Source: Octopus vulgaris
Taxonomy: Eukaryota
Length of the DNA: 64,000 nt
Assembly: GCA_951406725.2 (NCBI GenBank)
Contig: OX597822.1
Span: 33,480,001-33,544,000, forward strand
Direction: 5' to 3'
How positions within the stretch are numbered: position 1 is the stretch's first letter; every line of letters starts with the position of its first letter. Made by a program: the position numbers and the translations under genes. Under the pieces are notes generated by a model. It did no database searches. It was not told the DNA's origin and saw only the letters and a program-made list of their open reading frames with translations. This document shows positions 1 through 12,677 of this stretch, piece after piece.

Positions 1-111
1 CAGATAGCTTCTCTAGTGCCCATGGCATACTAAAATGCACACAGTCAATGCTGTAAAATGATTGGTGAACAGGGAGAGCATTGAGGTGTTTAAAAAAAAA
101 AAAGATTAAAA

Positions 112-473
112 ACAAGAACACTCAGAGAGTGCAAACCTCCACCTAGGCAACACTAACGTCCTCTCAATAATTAGCCAGAGACAATTTTTAAAATGAGAAT
201 ATCTGAAATAAACACGACTGCTCTCACAAATGGGAATACTAAAAATGAACCTGACTGCTCTCAAAAATTAAGTAAAAAACCAGAAAAATAATCCAGAGTC
301 CTTGTCCAGTACCAGATTGATCCCAATATCTAATCAGTTTGTGCCAGTGATGAGGCCAAACATCCCTGAAAGTTTTATTCAAATCCATCCAATGGTTCTT
401 GAGATATCTTGTCCACAAACAAACAAACATGACTGAAAATAATCCCTCCACCTTTGCTAAGGCGGAGGTAATA
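112..473 (-). mobile_element. Non-autonomous Helentron/DINE-like element
   Basis: The minus strand starts ATTACCTCCGCC-TTAGCAAA-GGTGGAGG (subterminal inverted repeat with hairpin) and ends GCCTAGGTGGAGG-TTTGCACTCTCTGAGTGTTCTTGTT (second subTIR, short palindrome, T-rich end). Family assignment is from recalled architecture. Confidence 0.55.
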
Positions 474-694
474 AATAAAATAAAGGAGGGAATGAGGTGA
501 TATAGACTACAGAAGCCCCAGGGTTGGCAACCTGTTGAAGAGAAGAGTAATTCTGAATAATGATGATGACAAAAGATAGAGAGGACTTGACTCTTTTAGA
601 CATGAGGTAGGGAAAGTCTCTGAAGCCTGTGGCTCGACGAAATGTGCTCAGTCAATGGTGTAGCATGATACACTAAACCAAACCTCAAAGTTCT

Positions 695-1460
695 GTTTGT
701 TCTAACCAATGAGCAGCTTTATGAAAATCTACCCGAAGAGACAGAAAAGATTCAGTAGAGAAGTATAAGAATTTCTGGTTGTTGCATTAGACACCCAGAA
801 GAACCTGTGTCGACTGGTTTTCTGGCAGTCGGTTGAAGGAAGAATCAACAGGGGAAGAAAAGATCTAATCTATGTGGACGACTTGCTTCAGGGCAGTAGA
901 ATGGTAAATGTTGACAGATTAAGAACATGCATTGCATGATCGAGTATGATCGTTACCAGCGTCGCTTTACTGGCACTTATGCCTGTGCTAGTAGGGTGCC
1001 AAGAACACCATTCTAGCGTGATCGTTGTGATCGTTGCCAGAGCAGCCAACTGGCTTCCGTACCCATGGCATGTAAAAGGGCATCATTTGAGCATGATCGT
1101 TACCAACATTGCTTCACTGGCACCTGTGTCAGTGGCATGTGTAAAAAGATTCGAGCAAGGTCATAGCCAGTACCGCCTGACTGGTCCCCGTGCAGGTGGC
1201 ACGTAAAAAGCACCCACTACACTCTCGGAGTGGTTGGCATTAGGAAGGGCATCCAGCTGTAGAAATTCTGCCAGATCAAGACTGGAGCCTGGTGCAGCCA
1301 TCTGGTTGCCAGTCCTCAGTCAAAACCGTCCAACCCATGCTAGCATGGAAAACGGATGTTAAATGATGATGATGATGATGATGATGATGATTGTGGACCA
1401 TGATGGATGGCGTGTTTGTGTGAAATCACTGAAGCATCCAGGAGTACGGCCAAATTAAAA
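695..1460 (+). mobile_element. Degenerate RTE-clade LINE ORF 3' end, interrupted by an RTE 3'-UTR-type repeat at about 946-1390
   Basis: Translates LTNEQLYENLPEETEKIQ*RSIRISGCCIRHPEEPVS..WQSVEGRINRGRKDLIYVDDLL, matching the RTE C-terminal pattern R.RGR...Y.D.L. The sequence appears to resume near 1395 after a (GAT)n-tailed insert. Confidence 0.6.
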
Positions 1461-1709
1461 CTAACTTGTTCTTCTTTTCCCAAAAAACATTATTTATTTA
1501 TGTATTCATGGGTAGAATTGTTTGTATCTTGTAGCAAATATACTCCATGTCACCACCACTATTTAATAACTAGATACCCTTCCAGCTTATAACTACTCAA
1601 CTGAAAACTAAGATTAGAACCTTATCTGTCTTAGACATAGACACACAAATATACATACAGGTATGAGCATAAGTAGGTATACAATTACTTAATGAGTGGA
1701 ATATTGTTA

Positions 1710-2030
1710 TCATCATCATCATCATCATCATCATTTAACATCCGCTTTCCATGCTAGCATGGGTTGGACGATTTGACTGAGGTCTGGCAAACCAGATGGC
1801 TGCACCAGGCTCCAATCTGATCTGGCAGAGTTTCTACAGGTGGATGCTCTTCCTAATGCCAACCACTCTGAGAATGTAGTAGGTGCTTTTATGTGCCACC
1901 GGCACGAGGGCCAGTCAGGTGGTACTGGCAACGGCCACGCTCAAATGGTGATTTTTATGTGCCACCTGCACAGGAGCCAGTCCAGCGGCACTGGCAACAA
2001 CCTCACTCAATTTTTTTTCATGTGCCAGTA
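1710..2030 (-). mobile_element. RTE LINE 3'-UTR-derived repeat with (GAT)n tail
   Basis: Shares ggttggcattaggaagggcatcc...ccaacccatgctagcatggaaagcggatgttaaa(tga)n with copies at about 946-1390, 7560-8110, 11770-12215, 19435-19650, 48400-48760, 51960-52225, 60115-60335 and 61520-61845. Confidence 0.75.
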
Positions 2031-3289
2031 AGGTGACATGTGCTACTAGTGGCATGTATATATATATACACACACAAACACACATACATACCTATTTGAA
2101 ATTTTATAGGCTTTCAGTTAAAAATTGCAAATCAATAAAATTGATCAATCTCAACACATTAAAATAGATTGTTTTTTAATTAATTTTCCTCTCTTCCCCT
2201 GCACTACCCCCAGCGGAATTTCAAACTTCATTTAAAAATTCAGTTTGAATTTTCATTTAAAAACAAAAGCAAAAAAAAAAAAAAATACATGCACATACTT
2301 CCCTGATTATTAATGAAAATATCGAAAACTAACTAAACCATTGCCTAGCACCACAACCCCCCACCGCAAGACATTTATGTCACAATATATGATAACACAG
2401 TATATCAAATTATGCATGGTAATGATCTGCTAAATATAAAAGACAAATCTCACTCAAATCACAATACACTATCATTAAGAAGATGGGAATTGAGTACGTG
2501 AAGTGTCCGCATTCATCTGAAAGGAGAAGTTGATTTCCAGAGACTAAAGACAAAAGTGATTAGCATATTTATGTTTGAATCTGCCAGAATGAGTTAAGAA
2601 TGAATATGTAAGCCATTGTTTTGATTCACACTATTGACCTTGCACATAATAGGTGGCCAGATATCAGCATGCATCAACAAATAATTTGCTTACTGAATTT
2701 AAAACAAGAGCCACAAATCCTTATTAAAATTCATTAATCTAGCATAGCTTTAACTGAGGAGACACAATGATGTTAAAAATCAGGGTGTTCCAAAATCCTC
2801 TCACACTGATGAGCCGAGTGTGTTATGAACACACATTTATATGAAAAGAGATGTTGTTCACCAAAGATGAAATACAACAGTGATTAACATATTCACATTC
2901 AAAATGTATTAAGAATTAATATGTAAGTTGTTGTTGCAATTCTTGCTGTTCACGGTGCAGGTGATGAGTTATATCATTGTATAACATCTGGTCGGGGGAG
3001 CATAAACAATAAGTAAGTCAAAGATAAAATGTTTTTATCACAGATCTGTACGATCAATTCTGACATAAGGTTAAACACCACCATCAATAATCAAATAACA
3101 ATAATAATAACCCTTTGTACTAAAGGCACAAGGCCTGAAATTTGGGGGGAGGAGAGCGGTTGATTACATCGACCCCAGTGTTTCACTGGTATCTAATTTA
3201 ACAACACTGAAAGAATGAAAGGTAAAGTCAACCTCAGCTGAATTTGAACTCAGAACATAAAGACAGTAGAAATACCATTAAGCATTTCA

Positions 3290-3540
3290 TCTAGACTGCC
3301 GGCATCAGTTGTTAGTTGTCGGAGCACTGCATCCTTTAAAACTTCCATGCTTCCTGAGATTCGCAACACTACATCTGATTTTTCTCCTCCCCCCATACAC
3401 ACGCAAGCATGTATCTGACTCATACACTGTTCACTTCCCAGGCTTTTGTACATTACTGCATATGCTTTATATGCACTTTTGACAAGTTGTGGTGCACCTG
3501 AGCACTGTATACAATAATTTCATTATTATTATTATTATTT
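3290..3540 (+). mobile_element. CR1/L2-like LINE 3' end with (ATT)n tail
   Basis: Translates LPASVVSCRSTASFKTSML (CR1-type LP..VV...S...FK terminus), followed by a UTR and (att)n. A second, inverted copy lies at about 60481-60710. Confidence 0.55.
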
Positions 3541-4209
3541 ATATATACATATATATGTAGATATGTACATATATGTATGTATATATGCATATATTTATAT
3601 ATTATTTATATTATTATATGATCGAATGCCACGCAACCTTTTCCAAGTGAGTTTTATCAATCTATCTATCTATCTATCTATCTATATATATATATATATA
3701 TACACCCCCCACACACACACACACAGAAAGAGAAACACACATACCAATATACACATGTGAGAGAGATTAAAGGGGAGCGCATGTATGTGTGTACATGTGA
3801 GTATGCATATGTGTTTATATATATGCATACACACATATTACATACACACAACACACACATATATATATTTTTATATGTGTGCACATGCGTGTATATATGT
3901 ATTCTTTGTATGTATATCCTATTCAAAAACTCGATAATTGTACAACAACCATCAGCCATTATTATAATTGCTTACGTGCGAAAACCTTGCTGAAATGTAA
4001 ATAATCCTTTACAACTTGCTCAAGCTCTCAATTTTCTTGTTTTCTTCCCATTAATGAGTAGCATTTGAAGCATCAAGAATTATTAACATCAGGCATCATC
4101 AACATCAACATAATCAATATGCTACTATCGAAGAACCATAATTCTTTGAGATTTTATTTTTTATGCATGTTTATATGTATGTTTATATTTATTTTTTCTA
4201 TAAATTTCA

Positions 4210-4773
<564 letters not shown>

Positions 4774-6784
4774 CTAGCCCTATAAGTCTATATGACTTGC
4801 AAAGTGAGAGAGGAGAGTGTTAGTCAATTAAATCAGCCTTTCTGAAATAGCTGAATTTCTGGGATTTTTTTGTTGTTTAACATTTGGCCCAAAGCCAAAA
4901 TATCTGATTCAATCCTGATGCTTATTTCAAAGATCCCAAAGAGATGAACATAAAATGGTAACCATGACAAGATTGAGATTTATAAAATAGGGGAAAAAAA
5001 TCTAGAAACTCATTCAGGCCTGTTGCTGCTTCTACCAGCCATTTTCTTTCTTCTTCTTTCATAAATATTCCCTATTATTATAAATTACTTCTTTAAAGCT
5101 AGTAAATTGACAGACACATTTATGTATTGGCTGAAAAAAAAATGCCTTGTGGTAATACTAAAAGCTATTTCTGTGTTAAAGCTAGTTCTGTGTTAAAGCT
5201 AGTTCTGTGTTAAAAATCTTGCCAAGGTCAATATTGCTTTCCATCCCTCCGGCATTGAACAGACAGGGTTCCAGTCAAGTACTGGGATCGATATATTCAA
5301 CCATTCTTCTCCTCTGAATTTACAGCTTTGAACATACGTTAGAAAAAAATTAATAGAAAAAATGCCTTACTCTATTTCAATTCTTTACATTCTGTGTGAA
5401 AATCCTGCTGAGGTGAACTTCAATTGTCATCTATCTATGGTTGATAAGATAAAGTACCAGTCATAAACGAAGGCTAATTTAATTGACTAACACTAACACT
5501 ATCTTCTCCACCTTTCTAAGTCAGATAGACTCATAAGGCCAGTTATGTATGTGTATGTAGGCAGATGTAAGAATGTGGAGGTGGGGGGAAATTAAAATTT
5601 TAAAATGCCATTTTTTAAATTAAAAAAAATTTTTTTGCAGAATCAGAATCTTCGTACTCGAAAATGGGGGATTCTGCTGCAAAAAGAAAACAAGAAAAAA
5701 TCTTTATATCCCTCATATATGTATAAGAAATAAAAGAAAGAGGATTTCACTTTTCGAGAAGAGCTCTTCATCAGAAATATAGAAGAAGTCCAAAGAAGGG
5801 AAGATGGAGAAAGAAAATCGCCAACAATACACACGTGGTTACATACACATGTGGTCTGTGTCTGTCTCCCTACCATCGCTTGACAACCGATGCTGGTGTG
5901 TTTATGTCCCCATAACTTAGCAGTTCAGCAAAAGAGATTGATAGAATAAGTAATAGGCTTACAAAGAACAAGTCCTGTATGTATGTGCCACACACTGAGA
6001 CTGAACACAAAACCAAGTGGTTTTGAAGCAAAACTAAGTACACAACCTTAATCATAACTAAGAAAAAACATAGGATGATCAAAACTATAACGCTTTAAAA
6101 GCTTGATTCTGAGTCTACTTAATCATGGCTGACCTGGGGTTAAACAATATCAACAACAGTAAGTGCTTCATACACAAACCAATAACATAAGCCTCTAGAT
6201 AGTGACATGACCTGCCAGAAATACCACTCTGTGATTTTTAAACCACGGACACATTGATATTATAGATCCAGGTATAAGCATGTTTAAAATAAAATACTGG
6301 CTGGATAATCATGGCTGGAATGCTTTTGATCATAGGCCTACTCAAACGGGATTGACCTAAGACTAAATGCTAACAATAACAACAGTGAGGATGTGAGTTT
6401 TTTGGCTTTTTCTAAATTTATAATTTTTCTTTGCAAAAGTTGTTACGTTTAATTAATATTGCATTCGTTAAATGGAATTTACTTGCATTATACTTAGATA
6501 AACCGATTACTGAAGAGCCTCTACACAGTGGCTCCCAATCATTTTGATGCCCTTCACTCCTAGAAATGTTTGGTTAATTTTCACAACTCTATTATATTAC
6601 GAATGGAATGACACATTAGATAATGTTTTCTTAAGTACATTACTCCAGAAATGAAAGAGAAAATTAAAAAGAAAAAAGAACTTGACAGACAGTCAGAGCT
6701 GAACATTTTAAAATCCTAAGTTAGTTCAATACGATCTAACAATGAGATTCAACGATGACAGCAACAACAACAACAACAGCAGTA

Positions 6785-6975
6785 GAGGCGCAATGGCCCA
6801 GTGATTAGGGCAGCAGACTCGCGGTCGTAAGAACACGGTTTCGATTCCCAGACCGTGCATTGTGAGTGTTTATTGAGCAAAAACACCTAAGCTCCACAAG
6901 GCTCCGGCGGGGGCTACTGGTGGACCCCGCTGTATTCTTTCACCACAACTTTCTCTCACTCTTTCTTCCTACTTC
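6785..6975 (+). mobile_element. tRNA-derived SINE, 5' part
   Basis: gaggcgcaatggcccagtgattagggcagcagactcgcggtcg...gtttcgattccc contains A- and B-box-like motifs. Same head as the copies at 37251 and 44602-44991. Confidence 0.8.
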
Positions 6976-7364
6976 TGCCATAAAGCAGAGGAACCATGGT
7001 GTAACCCACTATGGTATGGTAAACTTTCAGAGCCTAGTCTAGATTGCGAGTCCTCTGTACCCCAGGATGGTTCAGTTCTCCATCCGTTAAAAAGCCACCG
7101 TTTACAGAATGAGGATAACAATGTAGCTTTCGCACCCATGCAACCGCCAGTCTATTGCGTGTGGTGGGTGGATCTTCAAGTTGCCACACGCATTCTTGGT
7201 AGCTTACAGTAGGCTCAAATTAGAGATTATTCTTTGTGGCTAATGGCGTGAGTCCTGATCGGAGGAGCAGGAGGAGGAGGGGGAAGAGGAAGAGGAAGAA
7301 GAAGAAGAAAACAGCAAGAACAGTAATAACAACAACAACAGGCTCAGCAGTGACAATAACAACA

Positions 7365-7530
7365 ACAAGTGCCAAACTCTAATTGTGGAGGGTGCATGTG
7401 GAAGGGGTAGACCCAGGAAGACGTAGGACGAAGTGGTGAGAAAGGATCTTCGGATGTTGTGCCTCACTGAGGAAATGACAAGGGTCCGGGAGATGTTGAG
7501 ATTTGCTGTACTTGATAAGACATGTCAAAC
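7365..7530 (+). mobile_element. RTE-clade LINE ORF C-terminal fragment
   Basis: CQTLIVEGACGRGRPRKT*DEVVRKDLRMLCLTEEMT; homologous to 11490-11774. Confidence 0.75.
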
Positions 7531-7792
7531 TAAGCAAAACTGCTGGTTTCTACACATATAGGTTAATCCTTTCAGGTGCTGGTGGCCCTTAAGAAGCACA
7601 TGTGCCAGTGCTGTGTTGATGGACCCATGCTGGTGCTGCATAAACACACCTGTGATGGTGACATGTAAAAAGCACCCAGCACACTCTGTTAAGTGGTTGG
7701 CATATTAGGAAGGGCATCCAGCCGTAGAAACCATGCCTCAGCAGACAGCTGGAGTCTGGACAGCTCGTTGGTAGCCATCTCCATGTCAAACC

Positions 7793-8021
7793 TATTTCGT
7801 TACTACCCAGAAGGGGCTAAACACAGAGGGGACAATCAAGGAGAGACAAATGGATCAAGTCGATTACATCGACCCAGTGCGTAACTGGTACTTGATTTAT
7901 CGACCCCCAAAAGGATGAAAGGCAAAGTCGACCTTGGTGGAATTTGAACTCAGAGCGTAACAGCAGATGAAATACAGCTACGCATTTCGTCCGGCGTGCT
8001 AACGTTTCTGCCAGCTCGCCG
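7793..8021 (-). mobile_element. SINE (ggcggcgagctggcag family) inserted in an RTE 3'-UTR repeat
   Basis: Flanked by the 12-bp direct repeat CCATGTCAAACC (7781-7792 and 8022-8033), i.e. a target-site duplication. Confidence 0.85.
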
Positions 8022-8061
8022 CCATGTCAAACCATCCCAGCATGGAGACTGGACATTAAAC

Positions 8062-8115
<54 letters not shown>

Positions 8116-8695
8116 AATGAAAAACAGTAGCAACAACAACAAACAAATAAGGAAATTATCCATCCATTGTTCCCTCGAAGCTCTTGCAGCAAAGATTTAA
8201 GATGTCAACCGTGAGATGTTTGAAAGCTTCTTTCCTCGCAGTATCTGGATTTCTTCCACAGCACATTGACAATACAAACAGCAATAAATAAAATGCAAAA
8301 TGTCAGCTTTGAGAAACTGATCAGAATTTCTTGGTTTTCTTTTGTAACACTTAAAATGGATGTTGTCGCTACTGTTGGCATTCTTGTTGTTCGCATTGTA
8401 ACCGTTGCTGCTGCTAGGCCCTATCGAGGCTCTGATTAAATCGTTCTACAATTAAAGGTGTTCCGGCTATGACCATCCACCCTCTTTTTTTTCCTTTCTG
8501 TTTTTCTTTTTTTTTTTCCTAGTGTATAGAGAATTGCATTATTCATGATTGAGAGAGAGAGACAGACAGAGATGCACAGAGAACTAGAGAGAGATACACA
8601 CAAACATACATACATACATACATACATACATACATACGTACGTACGTACATACATACATACATACATACATACATACATACATACATACATACAT

Positions 8696-8730
<35 letters not shown>

Positions 8731-8779
8731 TACATAGTAGAATAATAAAGAGAAAGTTCTAGGTACAGTGTTATATATA

Positions 8780-8899
8780 TTTGAAAGAATGAGTAGAGAT
8801 GGCTTTTTTGATGGGATAATTTTTATTTTAATCTTAATAATGTTTAGATTAAAATAGAAATTATCCCCTGAAAAGGGCCATCTCTACTCATTCTTTCAA

Positions 8900-8900
<1 letters not shown>
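8780..8900. repeat. About 120-bp imperfect palindrome
   Basis: tttgaaagaatgagtagagatggc...gccatctctactcattctttcaaa. Confidence 0.9.
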
Positions 8901-8938
<38 letters not shown>

Positions 8939-8955
8939 TATACAGAGACAAAGAC

Positions 8956-8986
<31 letters not shown>

Positions 8987-9790
8987 AATGTATATACAGA
9001 TACAGAAAGAGAGACAAGAAAGAGGTGGTGAGCGAGGGATGGAGGTGAAGAGAGTGAGGAGGGTGGGGGTGAGAGAGAGAGATGCAGATTGAGTAAGAGT
9101 TGAGGTGAGGAGAGGAAGGTGGAGTGGAGATGAGGTGGAGCGGGGAGAAGGCGAAGTTGGGAGAGAGGGCGGGGTGGAATGAAAGAAAAGAGAGAAGAGA
9201 AAAAGAAAAACAGAAGAGGTAAGAGAAAGACCGATGATAGAAAGGAAAGAAGCTGAGCTACTAGATGTGATTCACAATATACAGCGTTGCAGTCTGGACA
9301 TTTCTGTGGTCATTCCATCCACTGTCCAGTCTCTTTCTGTTTGGAGATTCTGGTGGTCATCACCAGAATGAGACAATTGGGTGTGGGTGTTGTTGTTTGG
9401 TGTTGTTGATTTGGTAAGATTGACCGGACATTGAACCTGTTTTTGCAACAGTGGAGGCACATGGCTTAGTGGTTAGGGTGTTGGACACACAGTCATAAGA
9501 TTGCGGTTTCAATTCCAGGTCTAGTTGATGCATTGTGTTCTTGAGCAAAACACTTCATTTCACATCTTGCGATGGACTGGCATCCCATCTAGGGTGGAAT
9601 ATATATATATATATACTCCAGAGAAACTGGAAAACTGACCCTGTGCCCCTTGCAGAGTAATGCAGATTAATTTTGGTAACAGTGCATTCTGGGACTGGAG
9701 GTAAACTCCCAGAAATATCATTTATAAATAAAGAGAGTAAGAAAGACAGGAGGGGAGAGAGAAAGAGAGAGAGAGAGAGAGACATTACAC

Positions 9791-10209
9791 ATATGAGAGA
9801 GCACTGAAAAGTTCCTGGGTTTAAGGGTATTGCAAAAGGCCTGGTTGGAGGCCCAACCTTCCAAGTTCTTTTACAGAGCTCAGAAAAAGTGAAGGACCAC
9901 TGCAATAAGTGTGTGACTCTGAGAGGGGAATATGTTGAATAGGATCATAATTAACTGATCTTCTATTCTCTTTTACCCAAAGCCAGGAACTTTACAGCAC
10001 ACCCTAATGCACACACACACACGTATATTTGCAAGTGGGTGCTGAAAAGTCCCTGGTTTTAAGGATATCGCGAAAGGCCTGGTTGGAGGAACAACCTTCC
10101 AAGTTCTTTTATGGGGCTTAGAAAAACTGAAGGACTGCTGCAATAAGTGTAGAATATACATTATTTACATTTGAGAGATATTTGTCCTCATCTTTCGATG
10201 TTGTTATTA

Positions 10210-10245
<36 letters not shown>

Positions 10246-10610
10246 TTACTGCCTGGATTGAACTCAGAATCTTGGGGTTAAGAGCGTGGGCTAACCCCAA
10301 AATTCCGAGAACGATTTCAAGCAGTGACCTGAATAATAATAATAACATCGAAAAATACCTTAGGAATGAGAACCCAGGTTCGAAATTTCCTCAAGACACC
10401 TGATGAAGGCTGGAGGGTATATCAGCCAAAACGTTGTGTTAACAACAAACTAGATGAGGACAAATATCTGTCAAATGTAAATAGTGTACATAATTCCTAA
10501 TCTCTTAAATATAGAACTGTAGTGTAGAACACGTTGGATAAAATCATTACGAATTGATCCTCCATTATTTCCTTTTACCCAAAGCCAGGAACTTTTCAGC
10601 TCCCCCTCAT
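9791..10610 (+). mobile_element. Two tandem mariner-derived non-autonomous elements; the second is interrupted at about 10157-10520
   Basis: Inverted ends ctgaaaagttcctgg / ccaggaactttacagc. The interior encodes a mariner C-terminus ending FLQSSEKVKDHCNKCVTLRGEYVE*. Confidence 0.7.
10395..10440 (+). ncRNA. Degenerate Penelope-type minimal hammerhead ribozyme motif
   Basis: GACAC-CTGATGA-A-GGCTG(loop)CAGCC-AAAA-CGTT-GTGTT: stem I, core, stem II and palindromic stem III. The GAAA box is mutated to AAAA. Confidence 0.6.
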
Positions 10611-11050
10611 ACAAACAGACATAGCTAGATGCTCACACACATAGATAGGGAAGGAGAGAGGAAGAGAAAGAGACAAACAGAAAGATGGAGGGAGAAAAGA
10701 GAGGAGAAAGAGAGAGGGAGAGAGAGAGAGAAACATTAAAATGTCTATTGCCAAATAAGTCAGCAAAGAATTGGTGATGCCGAATAGGTGGCACTGAAAC
10801 GCCTCGCACCTGGTCACCTCAATGGAAGTGCGCAGATGAACTCATCCAAGCAAATTGCTTTGGGTCAGTGAAGCCACTGATGCTGTGCACCTGTGCAGAA
10901 CGTTTGGGATTAACGAAGCTTGCTAATGATGTTGCTACGTTTGTGGATGATGTTCCAGACACTCCACCACTCCACCCCACCCCACCCCACACTTGCTTAT
11001 GTTTGTCTGAACTGAATGGAAAGAAATTATAAAAAGAAGTTATCGACAAT

Positions 11051-11460
11051 GATAAGGCCATGGAGAAAATAAAGGGTACAAAGACATTTCTTATCAATGG
11101 ATATTTTCAAAGAACTGCTTCAACAATGATGTGAGGCAGCCATCCATGAACTCATATCAGTTGTATATAATCGATTGTTAGTGAATCTTCCGGGCACTGA
11201 TTAGTGCTTAATCCCAGCCTCTATAGTACAACAATATAATTATATCTCACTGATTATACCTTCAGGAGGTATAATTATTTTGTTATACCATAGAGGCTAG
11301 GATTACGCACTAATCGACACCTGGAAGTTTTGCTAACAATCCATTAAATACAACTGATATGAATTCCTGAATGGTTGCCTCACATCATCACTAAAGCAGT
11401 TCTTTGAAAATGTCCATTGATAAATATCTTTGTACGCTTTCTTTTCTTCACAACTTTATC
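11051..11460. repeat. About 410-bp foldback (long imperfect inverted repeat)
   Basis: The arm gtacaaagacatttcttatcaatggatattttcaaagaactgct...cagcctctatag pairs with catagaggctag...agcagttctttgaaaatgtccattgataaatatctttgtac. Confidence 0.9.
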
Positions 11461-11489
11461 AGTCAGTCAACGTGCATGTATGACCAAGT

Positions 11490-12215
11490 GTAAGAGTCTC
11501 GAGTGAAAAGCTGGGAATAAGAAGCATCAGATGTGGCGTGCAAGAGAGATGACTACACTGGTATGGTCATATGATGTGTATTAACAAGGACAGCTGTGCA
11601 AAGAAGTGCCAATCTCTAACTATGGAGGGAATCTGTGGTAGAGGTAGACCCAGGAAGACACAGGACAAGGTGGTGAAGCATGATCTTCGAATTTTGGGCC
11701 TCAGAGAGGTAATGAGTAGTGACCAGGGCATTTGGCGATATGCTGTGCTTGAGAAAACCCATCAAGCCAAATGAAATCATAGTCATGGCTGATGCAGGTG
11801 TTACAAAACTGGCACCTGTGCTGGTGGCATGTAAAAGGTACCTATCAAGCATTGAGCCTCATGGAGGCAAAGTGGCTAATGCCGGTGGCATGTAAAAAGT
11901 AGTGGGCCTCATGGACGCAATGATCGAGGCCTTTTGCATCATGTGGTGCAGGAGAAGAAGACCCATCAAGCCAAGTAAAATTGCAGTTGTGACAGATGCC
12001 GGTGCCACACAAATAGCAACCATGCCCGTGGCATGTAAAAGCACCCATTACACTCTTGGAGTAGTTGGCGTTAGGAAAGGCATCCAGCCATAGAAACCAT
12101 GCCAAATCAGACTGGAGTCTGGTGCAGTCTTCCAGCTTACCAGCCCTGGTCACACCGTCAAACCCATGCCAGCATGGACAAAGGGTGCTAAATGATGATG
12201 ATGACGATGATGATG
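11490..12215 (+). mobile_element. RTE-clade LINE 3' end: ORF C-terminus, 3' UTR and (GAT)n tail
   Basis: LGIRSIRCGVQER.LHWYGHMMCINKDSCAKKCQSLTMEGICGRGRPRKT shows the RTE W.GH..GR.RPR motif and is followed by the common UTR repeat. Confidence 0.85.
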
Positions 12216-12339
12216 AGTAGCTACACTATCAAAAGTAATCACAGCCTCTATAGAATAACAAAATTATTACATTTCACTAAGAAGCTGATCTTTTGGAAGT
12301 TAATTCAAAGCTAACCAGTTAGTCATAGAGCTTCTATAC

Positions 12340-12677
12340 CAGTTGTTCTCAACTGAAGTTCATATGACCTTTGGGGGACCATATGACCTTTGGGGGTCCA
12401 TATGATCCTTGTGTGTCCATATGACCATAGGGGCCTATATGATCCTTGGAGGTTCATGTAAGATATTTCGTTAAAAATTACATACAATAAATTGGCTATA
12501 TTTTTATAGTACACAAAATACTTTAACAATTTTTTAAATACAATTGCTAATAATATTTAATTGTAAAAATATAGATGTTTTTTTTTTTTTAAATACTGAA
12601 TTGCTATGAGGGTCCACCTGAGTAAAATAGGGATCAGAAGGGTCCATAGGTAAAAAAGAAATGGTTGAGAACCACTG
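12340..12677. mobile_element. hAT(Charlie)-like MITE with internal 19-bp tandem repeat
   Basis: TIRs CAGTTGTTCTCAAC / GTTGAGAACCACTG; imperfect 8-bp flanks ttctatac/ctctatag; about 5 copies of catatgacctttgggggtc at 12361-12455. Confidence 0.75.

Noticed and set aside
2800-2835. CTGATGA hammerhead core
   Set aside because: No stem II or GAAA box follows; likely a chance match.
10819-11097. Possible NKCC exon 2 (minus strand, acceptor-like ttctttccattcag)
   Set aside because: The phase-0 continuation hits a stop within a few codons, and no frame resembles the KFGWxxGV region.
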